Below are positions 9,437 through 19,631 of a stretch of 64,000 nucleotides of DNA, piece after piece. A program made the position numbers and the translations under genes. The number at the start of each line of letters is the position of its first letter. Positions within the stretch are counted from its first letter, which is position 1. Under the pieces are notes generated by a model. That model was not told the DNA's origin. It made no database searches and was given only the letters and a program-made list of their open reading frames with translations. The stretch is from the IMG/VR virus record IMGVR_UViG_3300037087_000760, positions 62,001 to 126,000 of that record; one strand, 5' to 3'.

Positions 9437-9864
9437 TTTTTAATTACATTTTCTTTCCACCAAAGAATTTCATTTTGTATTTCTTCACACTTTTCATATT
9501 CTTCGTTTAATATCAATTGTTGTAATTTTTCTTCTAATTTATTTAAATTGTTTATTTTATCTCTACACATTATAATTTCATCGGTAACTTTTTTACAGAT
9601 AAATATACTTTTTTTATCAATTTTGTTCTCATATTTCGTGTCAACCAATTTTGAAAATTCATTTAATAATTTTTCAGTTTTTAAACTATCAACAACAAAA
9701 TGGGTTTTACTCCGATTAACATACCTTTTATAATCATTCACATCTTTATAGTGTTCATTTATCCAATTATCATTATTATAAGAATAAATACAAAATTTAT
9801 CTATTTCTTCATCTGTTTCTAATTGAAAACAAGCAAGTCCATCTATATTTTTAAATATTTTCAT
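9430..9864 (-). CDS. hypothetical protein with C-terminal UVR (UvrB/C) motif
   Basis: LEEKLQQLILNEEYEKCEEIQNEI. Confidence 0.65.
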   Translation of the reverse strand: MKIFKNIDGLACFQLETDEEIDKFCIYSYNNDNWINEHYKDVNDYKRYVNRSKTHFVVDSLKTEKLLNEFSKLVDTKYENKIDKKSIFICKKVTDEIIMCRDKINNLNKLEEKLQQLILNEEYEKCEEIQNEILWWKENVIKKG

Positions 9865-9880
9865 TTCATTTATTTTTTTG

Positions 9881-9953
9881 TATCCTTAACAGGATTCGAA
9901 CCTGTACACAAAATTTAGGAAATTTTGATGCTCATCCATTACATCATAAGGAC
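9881..9953 (-). tRNA. tRNA-Arg(CCT)
   Basis: Loop TTCCTAA. Confidence 0.87.
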
Positions 9954-9964
9954 ATTTTTAATTT

Positions 9965-10450
9965 TCATTTATGACTTAGATAATATTGATATAATTGATT
10001 TTCATTTTCGAAATATAATATATTTTCTGGTGGAAAGTAGTTTACCATTTCTCTACCTCTTATTATCAAACCGTCATAACCATTCTTCTTCATTTCTTCA
10101 GCTATTGTTGTGTTTTTACTAAAAAAGGAATTATCACGATTCACATTATGTTCTTTACAATATTTAGTTACCAAATCTTGGAGAAACATTTCAGCTTCAT
10201 TTGTACTAAAAAGAATCTTTGGTTTTTTTGGTATTGCGTTGACAACAAAATAAACTTTCCCATATTCTCTTGCCATTTCTCTATTACCAAGAGCTGCTGT
10301 ATATAATCCCGAACCATATTTAGCCATTCCATTATTTTCTCCATAAAAATCCTTTAGACCTCGTAGTGTTACATTTTTTCGTTTCCATGACAAATAATCT
10401 TTATGTTCAGATTCATTCAAAAAATCATGAAGTTTGTAAATGTGATTCAT
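9965..10450 (-). CDS. putative ADP-ribosyltransferase-like protein with capsid-targeting-like N-terminus
   Basis: MNHIYKLHDFLNE; TLRG..YGSGLYT...GYDGLI..EMV. Confidence 0.5.
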   Translation of the reverse strand: MNHIYKLHDFLNESEHKDYLSWKRKNVTLRGLKDFYGENNGMAKYGSGLYTAALGNREMAREYGKVYFVVNAIPKKPKILFSTNEAEMFLQDLVTKYCKEHNVNRDNSFFSKNTTIAEEMKKNGYDGLIIRGREMVNYFPPENILYFENENQLYQYYLSHK

Positions 10451-10469
10451 ATATCCTTTTTATTTTTTG

Positions 10470-10545
10470 TCGGGTAAGCGGGCTTCGCTCCCGCGTGCTC
10501 TTGATCCCAAATCAAGTGAGATAAACTGAACTCCTCTACTACCCG
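10470..10545 (-). tRNA. tRNA-Pro(TGG)
   Basis: Loop TTTGGGA; atypical T loop. Confidence 0.82.
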
Positions 10546-10554
10546 TTAATTTTG

Positions 10555-10628
10555 TATTCCCAGAGGGATTCAAACCCCCAATCTTCTGATCCGTAGTCAG
10601 ATATTCTATTCAGTTGAACTATGGGAAC
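10555..10628 (-). tRNA. tRNA-Arg(ACG)
   Basis: Loop CTACGGA. Confidence 0.9.
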
Positions 10629-10674
10629 ATTATTCATCACATTATATATATCAAATCTTTTCAGATTTGTTTTG

Positions 10675-10760
10675 TCGAAGAAGCCGGACTTGAACCGACA
10701 AGGGTATATTACCACTACGCTCCAAACGTAGACCGCTACCAGTTACGGACCTATTCCTCG
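10675..10760 (-). tRNA. tRNA-Pro(TGG), long variable arm
   Basis: Loop TTTGGAG; C1-G72, A73. Confidence 0.82.
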
Positions 10761-10766
10761 GTCTTG

Positions 10767-10852
10767 TCTGGGTGAGAGGACTCGAACCTCCAAAGACATT
10801 ATGTCACTCGCCTCCGAAACGAGTTCGCTACCAGTTACGGACTTACACCCAG
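10767..10852 (-). tRNA. tRNA-Pro(CGG), long variable arm
   Basis: Loop TTCGGAG; C1-G72, A73. Confidence 0.82.
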
Positions 10853-10863
10853 ATAATTTTTTG

Positions 10864-10945
10864 AACCTGTGGTGGGATTCGAACCCACATTTACAGCTCC
10901 AGTTACGGTAATCTGACGTTCGTAGCGTCAGTCGGCTACACAGGC
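10864..10945 (-). tRNA. tRNA-Arg(ACG)-like lacking a D arm, with enlarged variable arm
   Basis: GCCTGTG-TAGCCGA-CTGACG-CTACGAA-CGTCAG-long arm-T arm. Confidence 0.65.
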
Positions 10946-10960
10946 ATTTTTAATTTTTTG

Positions 10961-11031
10961 TATTCCCAACGGGATTCGAAACCGTATTTTCTGACTGAGA
11001 ATCAGGAGTCCTTCCATTAGACGATGGGAAC
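10961..11031 (-). tRNA. tRNA-Glu(CTC)
   Basis: Loop TTCTCAG. Confidence 0.87.
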
Positions 11032-11043
11032 ATTTATTCATTG

Positions 11044-11115
11044 TATTCGGTAGGGGAATTGAACCCCTATGTACAGGTTGAAAACCTGTCGGACTAACCG
11101 TTATCCTAACCGAAC
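11044..11115 (-). tRNA. tRNA-Glu(TTC)
   Basis: Loop TTTTCAA. Confidence 0.87.
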
Positions 11116-11120
11116 TTTTG

Positions 11121-11203
11121 TACTGCGGACGGGACTCGAACCCGTACACCCTTTCGGGTCCAGATTGAAAGTCTGGTCACTTAGGCCATTTGTATACCGC
11201 AGT
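11121..11203 (-). tRNA. tRNA-Glu(TTC), long variable arm
   Basis: Loop CTTTCAA; variable arm ACCC-GAAA-GGGT. Confidence 0.85.
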
Positions 11204-11224
11204 GTGTATCTTATTTTTATTTTG

Positions 11225-11305
11225 CTCTCCCAAGGGGAATCGAACCCCTATCCTGACATTGAAAGTGTCAAATCCTCTGCTTACGCTCCGTTAGACGATG
11301 GGAAA
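11225..11305 (-). tRNA. tRNA-Glu(TTC), enlarged D loop
   Basis: Loop CTTTCAA. Confidence 0.85.
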
Positions 11306-11311
11306 AGTTTT

Positions 11312-11331
11312 ATTTCAAGATGTCAAAGAAC
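11312..11331 (-). promoter_or_regulatory. boxA-like antitermination element
   Basis: GTTCTTTGACATCTTGAAAT, identical to 27166-27185 in the other array. Confidence 0.6.
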
Positions 11332-11343
11332 CAAATTGGATAT

Positions 11344-11456
11344 TGGTAAATGAGATTGGACTTGAACCAATATCGAATAGTCTGAAACGACTACCGACCA
11401 CCTGATAGGTTCATCGGTTCATGATTCCGATTACTTACTATCTAACTCACTCATTA
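11344..11456 (-). ncRNA. tRNA-like RNA with encoded CCA, extra hairpins and a CAT-containing loop
   Basis: AATGAG/CTCATT stem, ATTGG-TTCAAGT-CCAAT T arm, ACCA end. Confidence 0.5.
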
Positions 11457-11469
11457 TTTTAAAGAACAT

Positions 11470-11501
11470 AAAAAAACCCGGCTTTCTTTCGAATGTCGGG
11501 T
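11470..11501 (-). terminator. attenuator terminator of tRNA array 1
   Basis: ACCCG..TTC-GAAA-GAA..CGGGT followed by U run. Confidence 0.8.
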
Positions 11502-11548
11502 GTGGGGTTGAAAGAACTACTTCTTTCAATATATTGATGAGGGGATTG

Positions 11549-11662
11549 TCAATCAAATATAATACCTACACCCAGAGCAAACGCTGTCTCTTCTACCACT
11601 ATGGTAGTGACTTCCGTTGGCCTCTCAGGTCGTGGGTTCAATATTTGGTTTATCATCAACAT
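11549..11662 (-). CDS. leader peptide of tRNA array 1 (MLMINQILNPRPERPTEVTTIVVEETAFALGVGIIFD)
   Basis: 37-aa ORF; 17 of 18 consecutive codons are P/R/E/T/V/A; contains antiterminator TGGGTGTAGG. Confidence 0.85.
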   Translation of the reverse strand: MLMINQILNPRPERPTEVTTIVVEETAFALGVGIIFD

Positions 11663-11827
11663 TTTATTTCTTGTATTGTTTTGTTATATATTTATTATTA
11701 TAAGTCTGTTTTTTCCATTTTTATTTCAGACTACAAAATTATGTAATTATTCTGAGATAAAAAAATTTTTAGATAACTTTTTTCAAAATCACCTATTTAT
11801 CTTTATAGTATTAAAAAATAAAAAGGT

Positions 11828-12542
11828 TTATTTTTTCTTTGTTGTTTTCTTTTTGGGTTGTTCTTTAGGTTCTTCTTTCACAGGATTTCCTTTTGGTTTA
11901 AATTCCACTTTACCTTTTTCTATTAATTCAAATCCTGTTTGTTTCATTATATAATCTGATGATTTTTCATAACTCTTATTAGCGAAGTCGTATACAGCGA
12001 AACACTGGAACATCAGAAAAGGATTATGACTAATCACGATCACTTCACATTTATATTTCCATATAAGTTTTGAGATTAGATTATTGTACAAAGTCATACT
12101 CCTTATACTAAATCCATTATCCACTTCATCGAGTACGATAAGAGTTTTTTCAGGTATAATTTTCGGATATAATTTTTCCAAGAACATGCCCATATAAATT
12201 ACTGAACTTTCTCCGTGAGATTTGTTTCTTGTTTGGAATCCACCCGAACTAAGATAAGCACAAGCGTCGAAGGCAACCATCATATCAGATCCGTTATTAA
12301 AAGAATATTTTCTCATATGAATGTTCTATTTCAACAAATTCAGCTAATTTTTTAAAATCACTTTCAAATAAAGAATTTGTTGACATATCGTTTTTCGTAC
12401 CTCTAAGAGCATGAAATAAAGAACTTTTTCCACATCCATTTTCACCAACTATACATAAAGCCTTTATAGTTTTTATGTCTGAGAAATCATATTCATCCCC
12501 AGCTTTAAAACATCTAAAATCTTTTTTAATTTTTATTTTCAT
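11828..12542 (-). CDS. ABC/AAA-type ATPase split into two frames at TTT-TAA (frameshift or pseudogene)
   Basis: Walker A GENGCGKS in 12297-12542; signature SHGE, Walker B LIVLDE and H-loop ISHN in 11828-12316. Confidence 0.75.
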
Positions 12543-12927
12543 CTATTAATAATTTGTAGTGTCTTACGAGATTGAAATTATTCTGGTCTAAGTAGTGCCA
12601 TTGATATTCACTGACCAATTTATCATCACCAATAGATTTAAATCGTTTATACCTAACGATACTTCCTTTTCTATGTACAGTTCCGCCAACCGCCATTAAA
12701 TCTTCGGTGATAATACCCTCTTTCCAACCTTTCCACTTTGGTTTCATCACTTGGTTTTCTTTCCAAAAATAAAATGAAACAGGGTACAAGAGAGCTGGTC
12801 ATTTCGGTCGCAGGTCATTGTACCTTTTCTCGTCACTTTTTCATTAGCTGATAGTTTCATGTCTTTTGTTATCTGTTTACTTCTTAGATGGACAACAAAA
12901 TTACGAAAAATTTAGGTGAGAAAAAAA

Positions 12928-13266
12928 TTAAATCCAGATTCCAGCCAATTTTTTCATTTCTTCAGCTTTAGCGAGAGCTTCCTCATAAGTATCGAAGAAA
13001 TAGCTTTTTGTAACATTACGATCTCCAAAAATTTCTTTTTCAACCATAGAGAAGATAAGTCTACACTCTGGTTTTATATAAAGTACATCATCTCGTAAAA
13101 TAGCACCGGACATTGTACTGTAATCTGAATGAATTAAACGACCTACATTATCAAAAACACCAGATGGTCGTAATAATCCTTCTTTTTTATATTTATACCT
13201 TTGTGATATTCTTTCGGGGTATACCTCTATACTAACGATTTGATTTAAATTATAGAATATTTTCAT
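12928..13266 (-). CDS. hypothetical phage protein
   Basis: ORF. Confidence 0.65.
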   Translation of the reverse strand: MKIFYNLNQIVSIEVYPERISQRYKYKKEGLLRPSGVFDNVGRLIHSDYSTMSGAILRDDVLYIKPECRLIFSMVEKEIFGDRNVTKSYFFDTYEEALAKAEEMKKLAGIWI

Positions 13267-13286
13267 ATCTTTTTTTATTAATATTA

Positions 13287-13802
13287 TTAATCATCAATAA
13301 GATTGACTTCCAATCCTTTTATTTTCTCATTGAATTCTGGAAACAACTGACAAAATTCAAATAGTTTCTTTTTCTTTCGGGTAGATGCTAAGAATATAGG
13401 TGGTAAATCCCAAGCATCAGTAAAGAATTCAACCATCAATTCGATGAATCTATCTTTGGTTGTTCCAGATTCGATCTGAATCATCTGTTTACCTTTCCAA
13501 GAAACTTCATACCAACTATACATTCTATCGAAATCATAATGACAACCTAAATCTTCAAAAGATTTAAAGTATTGAGGGAGTTCATCTTTATCCCTTTCTA
13601 ACATATTCGAAATTACTGGATCATTCATTTTCTTTTTCTTTATTTTTTTTACTTTTAAGACTTGGTAACAACATTTGTTGTACTTAGGACAACATTTATG
13701 CTTTTCTTTATATTCAGACATAAAATCCTTATATTCTTTTGATGGTCCATCGATGGTTTCAACAATAGTATAAGGCACCCAAACCAAACCCTGTTGTTTC
13801 AT
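13287..13802 (-). CDS. hypothetical protein (possibly two fused fragments)
   Basis: ORF; internal Lys run before a second Met. Confidence 0.5.
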   Translation of the reverse strand: MKQQGLVWVPYTIVETIDGPSKEYKDFMSEYKEKHKCCPKYNKCCYQVLKVKKIKKKKMNDPVISNMLERDKDELPQYFKSFEDLGCHYDFDRMYSWYEVSWKGKQMIQIESGTTKDRFIELMVEFFTDAWDLPPIFLASTRKKKKLFEFCQLFPEFNEKIKGLEVNLIDD

Positions 13803-14394
13803 ATCTTTGTTAATTGATTTAATTGAAAATCTTGTACCTCACCCCAATGATAAAAAGCGTTATTAGTAAAAATCTTCACTATATATTTAGATGCCCATAT
13901 ATAAGGATGGTAATTAATTATTTTACCTACTCCACCAAACGGTAGTAACACCCTATCTCCTTTACTTAATTCCATATTCATTTTATTTTCCATTTATATA
14001 CAAGAATTATTACTTTTTACTGTTCTTTCACATACTTGTATAGCCAAATCTATTTTATCCTCTGATATTGTTTCCAAACTACCATACAGAAGATTAAATT
14101 TGGTTTGTTGAGATTCTGTACACTGATTATATAATTCAGTGAGAATTTGTTTCCTGTATTTTTTTATTTTATCTAATGATTCACTCATAATGAAATATTG
14201 TTAAATCCATTTATCATTTGTATCTGTAACAGCAAAAAGGGCGGTTATAAGTCCACCTGAAACCATCATTAAAAGGAATGATAGATGAAGGAATGTAGCG
14301 ATAAATCCAAATATTATAGTTAGTAAGGTCATATTGAAAACAAAATGTCCTAATTTAGTTTTAAAAAACCATCTCATATTTTTATCTTTATTTT

Positions 14395-14895
14395 TTATAC
14401 TACTTTATCAAACCAGTTATCACGAAATTGAATCAATTTTAATTTTGACGATAATAATAATGTTTTATATGTTTGTTCATCCCCAGAATTATTTTCAAGT
14501 TCTTCGGTAATACCCTCTATTATACTTTGAAGAATAGATCTTGCTTCCGAATCTGTTAATGTATCATCTTTTTTTTCAATCTCTTTTAAATTATTAATAA
14601 AATCAAGAGTTTTCTCGGATATTCTACCAGCTTTAATTCTGTGGTTGAATTTCATAGTAAACCAATTTTTAAAATTAGCCACATTAACAATTACATCTGT
14701 TCCATCACTTCCATCTTTAGCATAGTGTGACATTTCGACTTCTTCATTCTTATAATCTTCATAATTATCGAATACATCAATAATAAGATCTTCTTCTTCA
14801 GTCATTAAATAATCGAGGACATATTTCAGTTCAAAAGGAACTTCCACTCCCTGAAAACTATCTTCATTATAAATTTCCCCATAAGCACTTTTCAT
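14395..14895 (-). CDS. hypothetical acidic protein
   Basis: ORF, ATGA coupling. Confidence 0.7.
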   Translation of the reverse strand: MKSAYGEIYNEDSFQGVEVPFELKYVLDYLMTEEEDLIIDVFDNYEDYKNEEVEMSHYAKDGSDGTDVIVNVANFKNWFTMKFNHRIKAGRISEKTLDFINNLKEIEKKDDTLTDSEARSILQSIIEGITEELENNSGDEQTYKTLLLSSKLKLIQFRDNWFDKVV

Positions 14896-15197
14896 AAAAT
14901 CTCTTTTAATTTTTTAGACCTCCAGTTATTTATCTTTGTTGCGGCTTTAATAAGTTCATCTGATTGACATTTTTCACAATCACAATGATATCTATTTGTA
15001 TTTTTAAAATTGGGATGATTCCAACAACGATCAATTTCTTTGGTTTTGATTTCTTCTTCTGTGGCCAATCTTTTTTTAGTCATAGCATGTTCCCAATTCG
15101 CTTTATGACATCTCATTTCTTCGGCTTTTTTTTCAGTTCCCTCAAAAAAGAAATGACCCCACCCATCACCAACAGAAATGACCCAAGTATTTTTCAT
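14892..15197 (-). CDS. hypothetical protein with C-terminal RxxKLKEIL
   Basis: Ends WRSKKLKEIL. Confidence 0.7.
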   Translation of the reverse strand: MKNTWVISVGDGWGHFFFEGTEKKAEEMRCHKANWEHAMTKKRLATEEEIKTKEIDRCWNHPNFKNTNRYHCDCEKCQSDELIKAATKINNWRSKKLKEIL

Positions 15198-15634
15198 TTT
15201 TTAAATGTATTCAAAACTCTTTTAATATTTTCACCGAAGAAAACCTCGTGAGTTACCTCGTTTTCATCGGGTAGAATAATTTCGGATGTCACTACTAATT
15301 TTGTACCCTCTGGAAATTCATCTGCCCATGCTTTGTATCCATTCCCATATTGAAACCCACTTTGAAGTTTTTCTGTACCAACATCTTTCAATAATTGCCA
15401 AAATTGACCGAAAGAGTTCTCAGAAAATTGTTTTCTTATACACACAAGAGTTTCACTGGTATTGGTATTGGTCTTACTTAAAACCGAATTGGGATTCATA
15501 TGCCTTACACAAGTCCATGTCTTATTTCTTTTTACCCCCTCTGTATATTCTTTACGAGTATCATAAGCATAATTGGAATATTCATGACATTCAGAATCAC
15601 TACACTTTATATGTAAATCATAAGTTCTTCTCAT
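15194..15634 (-). CDS. hypothetical phage protein
   Basis: ORF, ATGA coupling. Confidence 0.7.
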   Translation of the reverse strand: MRRTYDLHIKCSDSECHEYSNYAYDTRKEYTEGVKRNKTWTCVRHMNPNSVLSKTNTNTSETLVCIRKQFSENSFGQFWQLLKDVGTEKLQSGFQYGNGYKAWADEFPEGTKLVVTSEIILPDENEVTHEVFFGENIKRVLNTFKK

Positions 15635-16428
15635 CCTTTGATAATTTTTTCTATCGACTTTTTCAATTCAGATTCAATTCCAGATCCTTCAACGGGAGTA
15701 TCCTCTAAATTTACTACAATATTTCCTCTGTTGTTTATTTCAATAGATTTATTCTTCCAGAAACCCATACGGTCACAATCAAGATCAAATGTAATAAACA
15801 ATCCTTTTTTTGTTTTTTCGATTGTTACATTTTCTATTGTTTCACCATTCATTTCATTTTCTGAAATTTCATGAAACTTATCAATCAACCAAGTGGTTGT
15901 TAATTTTGAAAAATTTATTTTTTTATTTTCTATGAGTTTACTTGGTAAATCCTTAATATAATTTTGTTTGTAAAATTCTTTTAACATAGGAATCATTTGA
16001 TTCGTTATCATCTGTCTGATATAATCTCTGAAAATTAACTTAGGATCAAATGTGAATATTTTCATCGGTTTACCATAAATAGAATCATGATTTGATAATG
16101 GGGTTTCCAAAATTATAAAATCATTACCATCCAAAAAAACATCAAATATATTACTTCTATTAATAAGAATTTTTACTTTAGAAATCCACCATCCACCATC
16201 TTCCTTTGTTTCTGCCTCTACTTCCAATTCTGGTATATCACCAACGATGTCTTTTACTTCTTCTTTTATAATATCAATGAACCAAGAAAATCTTTTTCTC
16301 ATTTTCTTTTTGTTCTCTTCATATTCTTTATTAATTTTATCCCAATCTATATTATCCATGACATTTATTTTTTCATCATCATTTGGTGGACAACCACCGA
16401 AATCAAAATTTTCCCAAATATTATACAT
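15631..16428 (-). CDS. hypothetical phage protein
   Basis: ORF. Confidence 0.7.
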   Translation of the reverse strand: MYNIWENFDFGGCPPNDDEKINVMDNIDWDKINKEYEENKKKMRKRFSWFIDIIKEEVKDIVGDIPELEVEAETKEDGGWWISKVKILINRSNIFDVFLDGNDFIILETPLSNHDSIYGKPMKIFTFDPKLIFRDYIRQMITNQMIPMLKEFYKQNYIKDLPSKLIENKKINFSKLTTTWLIDKFHEISENEMNGETIENVTIEKTKKGLFITFDLDCDRMGFWKNKSIEINNRGNIVVNLEDTPVEGSGIESELKKSIEKIIKG

Positions 16429-17392
16429 TTCTTATTTCACTCTTTATTGTCTTTGTTATGAGATTCAAAAAAATCTCATTCTCAGCTGAATTTTGGTTTT
16501 TCGCAACATTTGTTTTCTCATTGATATAGAATTCAAAATTCGGTATTAGATAATCCCCATCCATATTACTTGACAGGATACCTGAATTCATGATGAATTC
16601 CTTTCCAGTTGTGATGTTCTTATATTCCACTAAGGAAATATGAGTTGGGAAATTTTCCACATATCTTACACTCGGTTTCTTGTTGAACAATTCACAGAAC
16701 CACCCATCGGCTTCTTCTTGATGTCCGGAACCACATTGTTCAACAGTGAAAATATCATTCCAAAAATTTTGGTCATCAAATCCGTCAATTATTTTTTTAA
16801 TAACCGTTTTACATTTAGCTAAATACTCCAACATTTCTGATCCGAATAGAACACTCAAAAGTATTAAAGTATCAGATATCATTTGATAATCCTCTATTGT
16901 TCCAAGTACTTTTATTTTATTGAAACCACACAGATACATCATATAATTATAGTAGGGTGATACAGCATCAAGAAATGATGTTGAAAAAGCGAATGTTTCC
17001 GCTTTGGTTGTAGTTGAAAAATTTAAAAGTATATCTTCCTTTTTCAATCCAGTTGGAATAAGCTTGAATACTTCTTCGATTAGACTATCGATTGGCATCA
17101 TAACTGGATCTTGGGTGAAAACCAAAATATCCTTTTTCTCATTTGAATCAGTAAAAATATGTCTGTAATTTTCTGGTTGAGATTTAACAATTGATGCAAT
17201 TTCACATAAAATAGTATACCAAATAATATCTGGTTTTACAATTATTCCATAATGAGTAGCATAACACTTTGATAAATAATCAAGATAGTTATTGTGAAAT
17301 ATCGAACCATTTATATTATCCATAATAGAAGATGGTTTTTGATTTCTCCTGATTTCTTTAATCGGATCATTCTTGTAAATAAATTCTTTCAT
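16421..17392 (-). CDS. DUF4419-like protein
   Basis: CYATHYGIIVKPDIIW...YYNYMMYLCGFNKIKVLGT pattern. Confidence 0.65.
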   Translation of the reverse strand: MKEFIYKNDPIKEIRRNQKPSSIMDNINGSIFHNNYLDYLSKCYATHYGIIVKPDIIWYTILCEIASIVKSQPENYRHIFTDSNEKKDILVFTQDPVMMPIDSLIEEVFKLIPTGLKKEDILLNFSTTTKAETFAFSTSFLDAVSPYYNYMMYLCGFNKIKVLGTIEDYQMISDTLILLSVLFGSEMLEYLAKCKTVIKKIIDGFDDQNFWNDIFTVEQCGSGHQEEADGWFCELFNKKPSVRYVENFPTHISLVEYKNITTGKEFIMNSGILSSNMDGDYLIPNFEFYINEKTNVAKNQNSAENEIFLNLITKTIKSEIRNV

Positions 17393-18692
17393 ATTATTTT
17401 TCTTGTTGATAATCTAAAATTAAATCAATTATACCTTGAGCTCTTTCTGATATTTCTTTCTGTGATATATAATCTATATTATTATAAAGTAAGAAATTTT
17501 CGATCTCTATGGATACTTTTTCTTGTAATGTTGTGTAACCCTGAATATCTTTTAATATTAATTTAACTGATTCGGGTGCTGTACCATTTAATATTTCTTC
17601 TTTAGTCCAACCAGCAATCGTACCACCATTTTCAAATTCATTTTTAAATTCTTCTGTCTGTGTCATAATACATTTTCTAATTGACAAGGAGCGAACCACC
17701 AAAACATTGTGGATGAATATTTTGGATTATAACAAGGTATCCACCCATCTCTGACCTTTGATTGAAATAATGATTCGCTATTGTTTCTATAATTATCTTT
17801 TTCCCATTCTCTGTTCCAACATGAAACGAGATAAACTATATCACCATTATGTAATGGTGTTCCGTTTACTTTATATTTAACCATTTTTATCCACTATAAG
17901 CACAAAATTCATGTCCACATACATCACAAGTCAATATTAACTCATAATTACCAGTATGGGCCACGAAACGATTATCTAATCCACAATTACATACCATCAA
18001 ATCATTTTTAGATATTTCGACATTGATTGGGTTTCTGACCAATACCAGTACATTTAACAATTAAATTTGGATTTCCTGTACTTTGATATACCACACCAGT
18101 TGTTATTTGTTTTACTGATATTTCCATTGATTTAGTTAATTTTGACATAATTCTTTTTCTTGAATATAATCATTTTTCTCGAAAGAAAAAATTATTTGTT
18201 ACTTCATTTTAAATTCATAGGTTCTTACTATTTTCGGCTCTTCTTTTATTTTAATAAATTCATCAACATAATATGCTCTAAGATAAGTATCTTCATTACC
18301 ATTCATACCTTTTAACATATAATCTTCACCATCCAATTCAATGAATTTATATTTTTTACCTTGAAATATAATAATATCACCGAAACTAAAATTTCTATAT
18401 CCGTTTTTCTTATTCATCTGTTTTTTTGTTTTTATCCCTTGCTTTTTTTATTGCTTTTGAAATAGCATTATGGACTTCAATAAGGGTTTCAGAACTCAAT
18501 CCTATTTGGGTGTCAAGTTCTTCTATGTAATCCCCTAATTCGATTAGTGTAACCTCGTCTAAGATCATTTCTTTTTCAATTAATAATTATTATATCAAAA
18601 ATATATTTGTTTGTTTAATAATAAAAAACCACCAACTCGGAGTCGAAACTCGTTGTTGGTGGTCGCACCCAAGTGGAAAGGTGCTAAACTTC

Positions 18693-19418
18693 TTATTTAC
18701 TGTCTTTCTTATCGTCCTCAGTCTTATCGTCAGCCTTTTCATTAGCTACCTCAAACTCTTGATACATTACACCAAGATCTACTCCTCTTGAATATGATTG
18801 AGCATCGTCTGACATTCTGTAATTAGCCGCGAAACAATTCACAGTATCCATTACTGATTTCATACCAGCCTTACTTGCTTTGTAAGTAACGGTGTTATTG
18901 GCGTAGAATCCTAAACCACTACCGACTTGATAAGCATCCTGATTAGCACCTAAAAATAGAAATGCCCATCCATCCTCTTCTTGGAGTTTACTTACTTTTT
19001 CGAAAATCTTTTCTTTGGTGTATTTTCTCTGACCTTCTTTATTGAGAATCTTACTTGCATTTTCTTCACCATCGGTTAAAACCGCGAAGATAACCTTTTC
19101 TGGTCTTTCTTCTTCTGGAAGTGATTCAATTCTTTTTTTGGTCATTTTGATAGCTAATCCCATAGCGTCGTATAAAGCTGTTCCCCCGTCTGGTCTGTAT
19201 GTTGACTCATTCAGTGGGGCGGCGTTCTGAACAGGAATGCTCTCATAAACTACATTATATTCGGTATCAAATAATACCAATGTAATTTTAGCTTCACCCT
19301 CTACTTTTTTTTGGGAATCGATGAATTCGTTGAAACCACCGATAGTGTCTTTCTTGATTGATTGCATCGAACCAGATTTATCTACTACTGGCACGATAAA
19401 AGTTAAACCTTTTTTCAT
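18693..19418 (-). CDS. vWA-domain protein
   Basis: MIDAS DKSGSM, TALYDA, LTDGEENAS. Confidence 0.88.
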   Translation of the reverse strand: MKKGLTFIVPVVDKSGSMQSIKKDTIGGFNEFIDSQKKVEGEAKITLVLFDTEYNVVYESIPVQNAAPLNESTYRPDGGTALYDAMGLAIKMTKKRIESLPEEERPEKVIFAVLTDGEENASKILNKEGQRKYTKEKIFEKVSKLQEEDGWAFLFLGANQDAYQVGSGLGFYANNTVTYKASKAGMKSVMDTVNCFAANYRMSDDAQSYSRGVDLGVMYQEFEVANEKADDKTEDDKKDSK

Positions 19419-19631
19419 AATGTTTCCTTTCTTTATTTTTATTTATGATTCACCAGTTTTCTTTGTCGATTATAAATAGTTTCAAACTCAAAAGCGATTA
19501 CTCACTCGAAACCAATGAATCCAGATTATTAATGTTATATATTATATTATGGTGGGTCGAAAAAGTTTTTAATTTTTAATTTTTTTATCCGAATAGTTTT
19601 CTTATATTTGATTTTATTAAAATTATTTATC

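Noticed and set aside
8134-11353. ORF-track entries overlapping tRNA arrays (e.g. 8699, 9241, 10928, 11069; also 26913, 28921, 29267)
   Set aside because: Shadow ORFs arising from GC-rich tRNA sequence.
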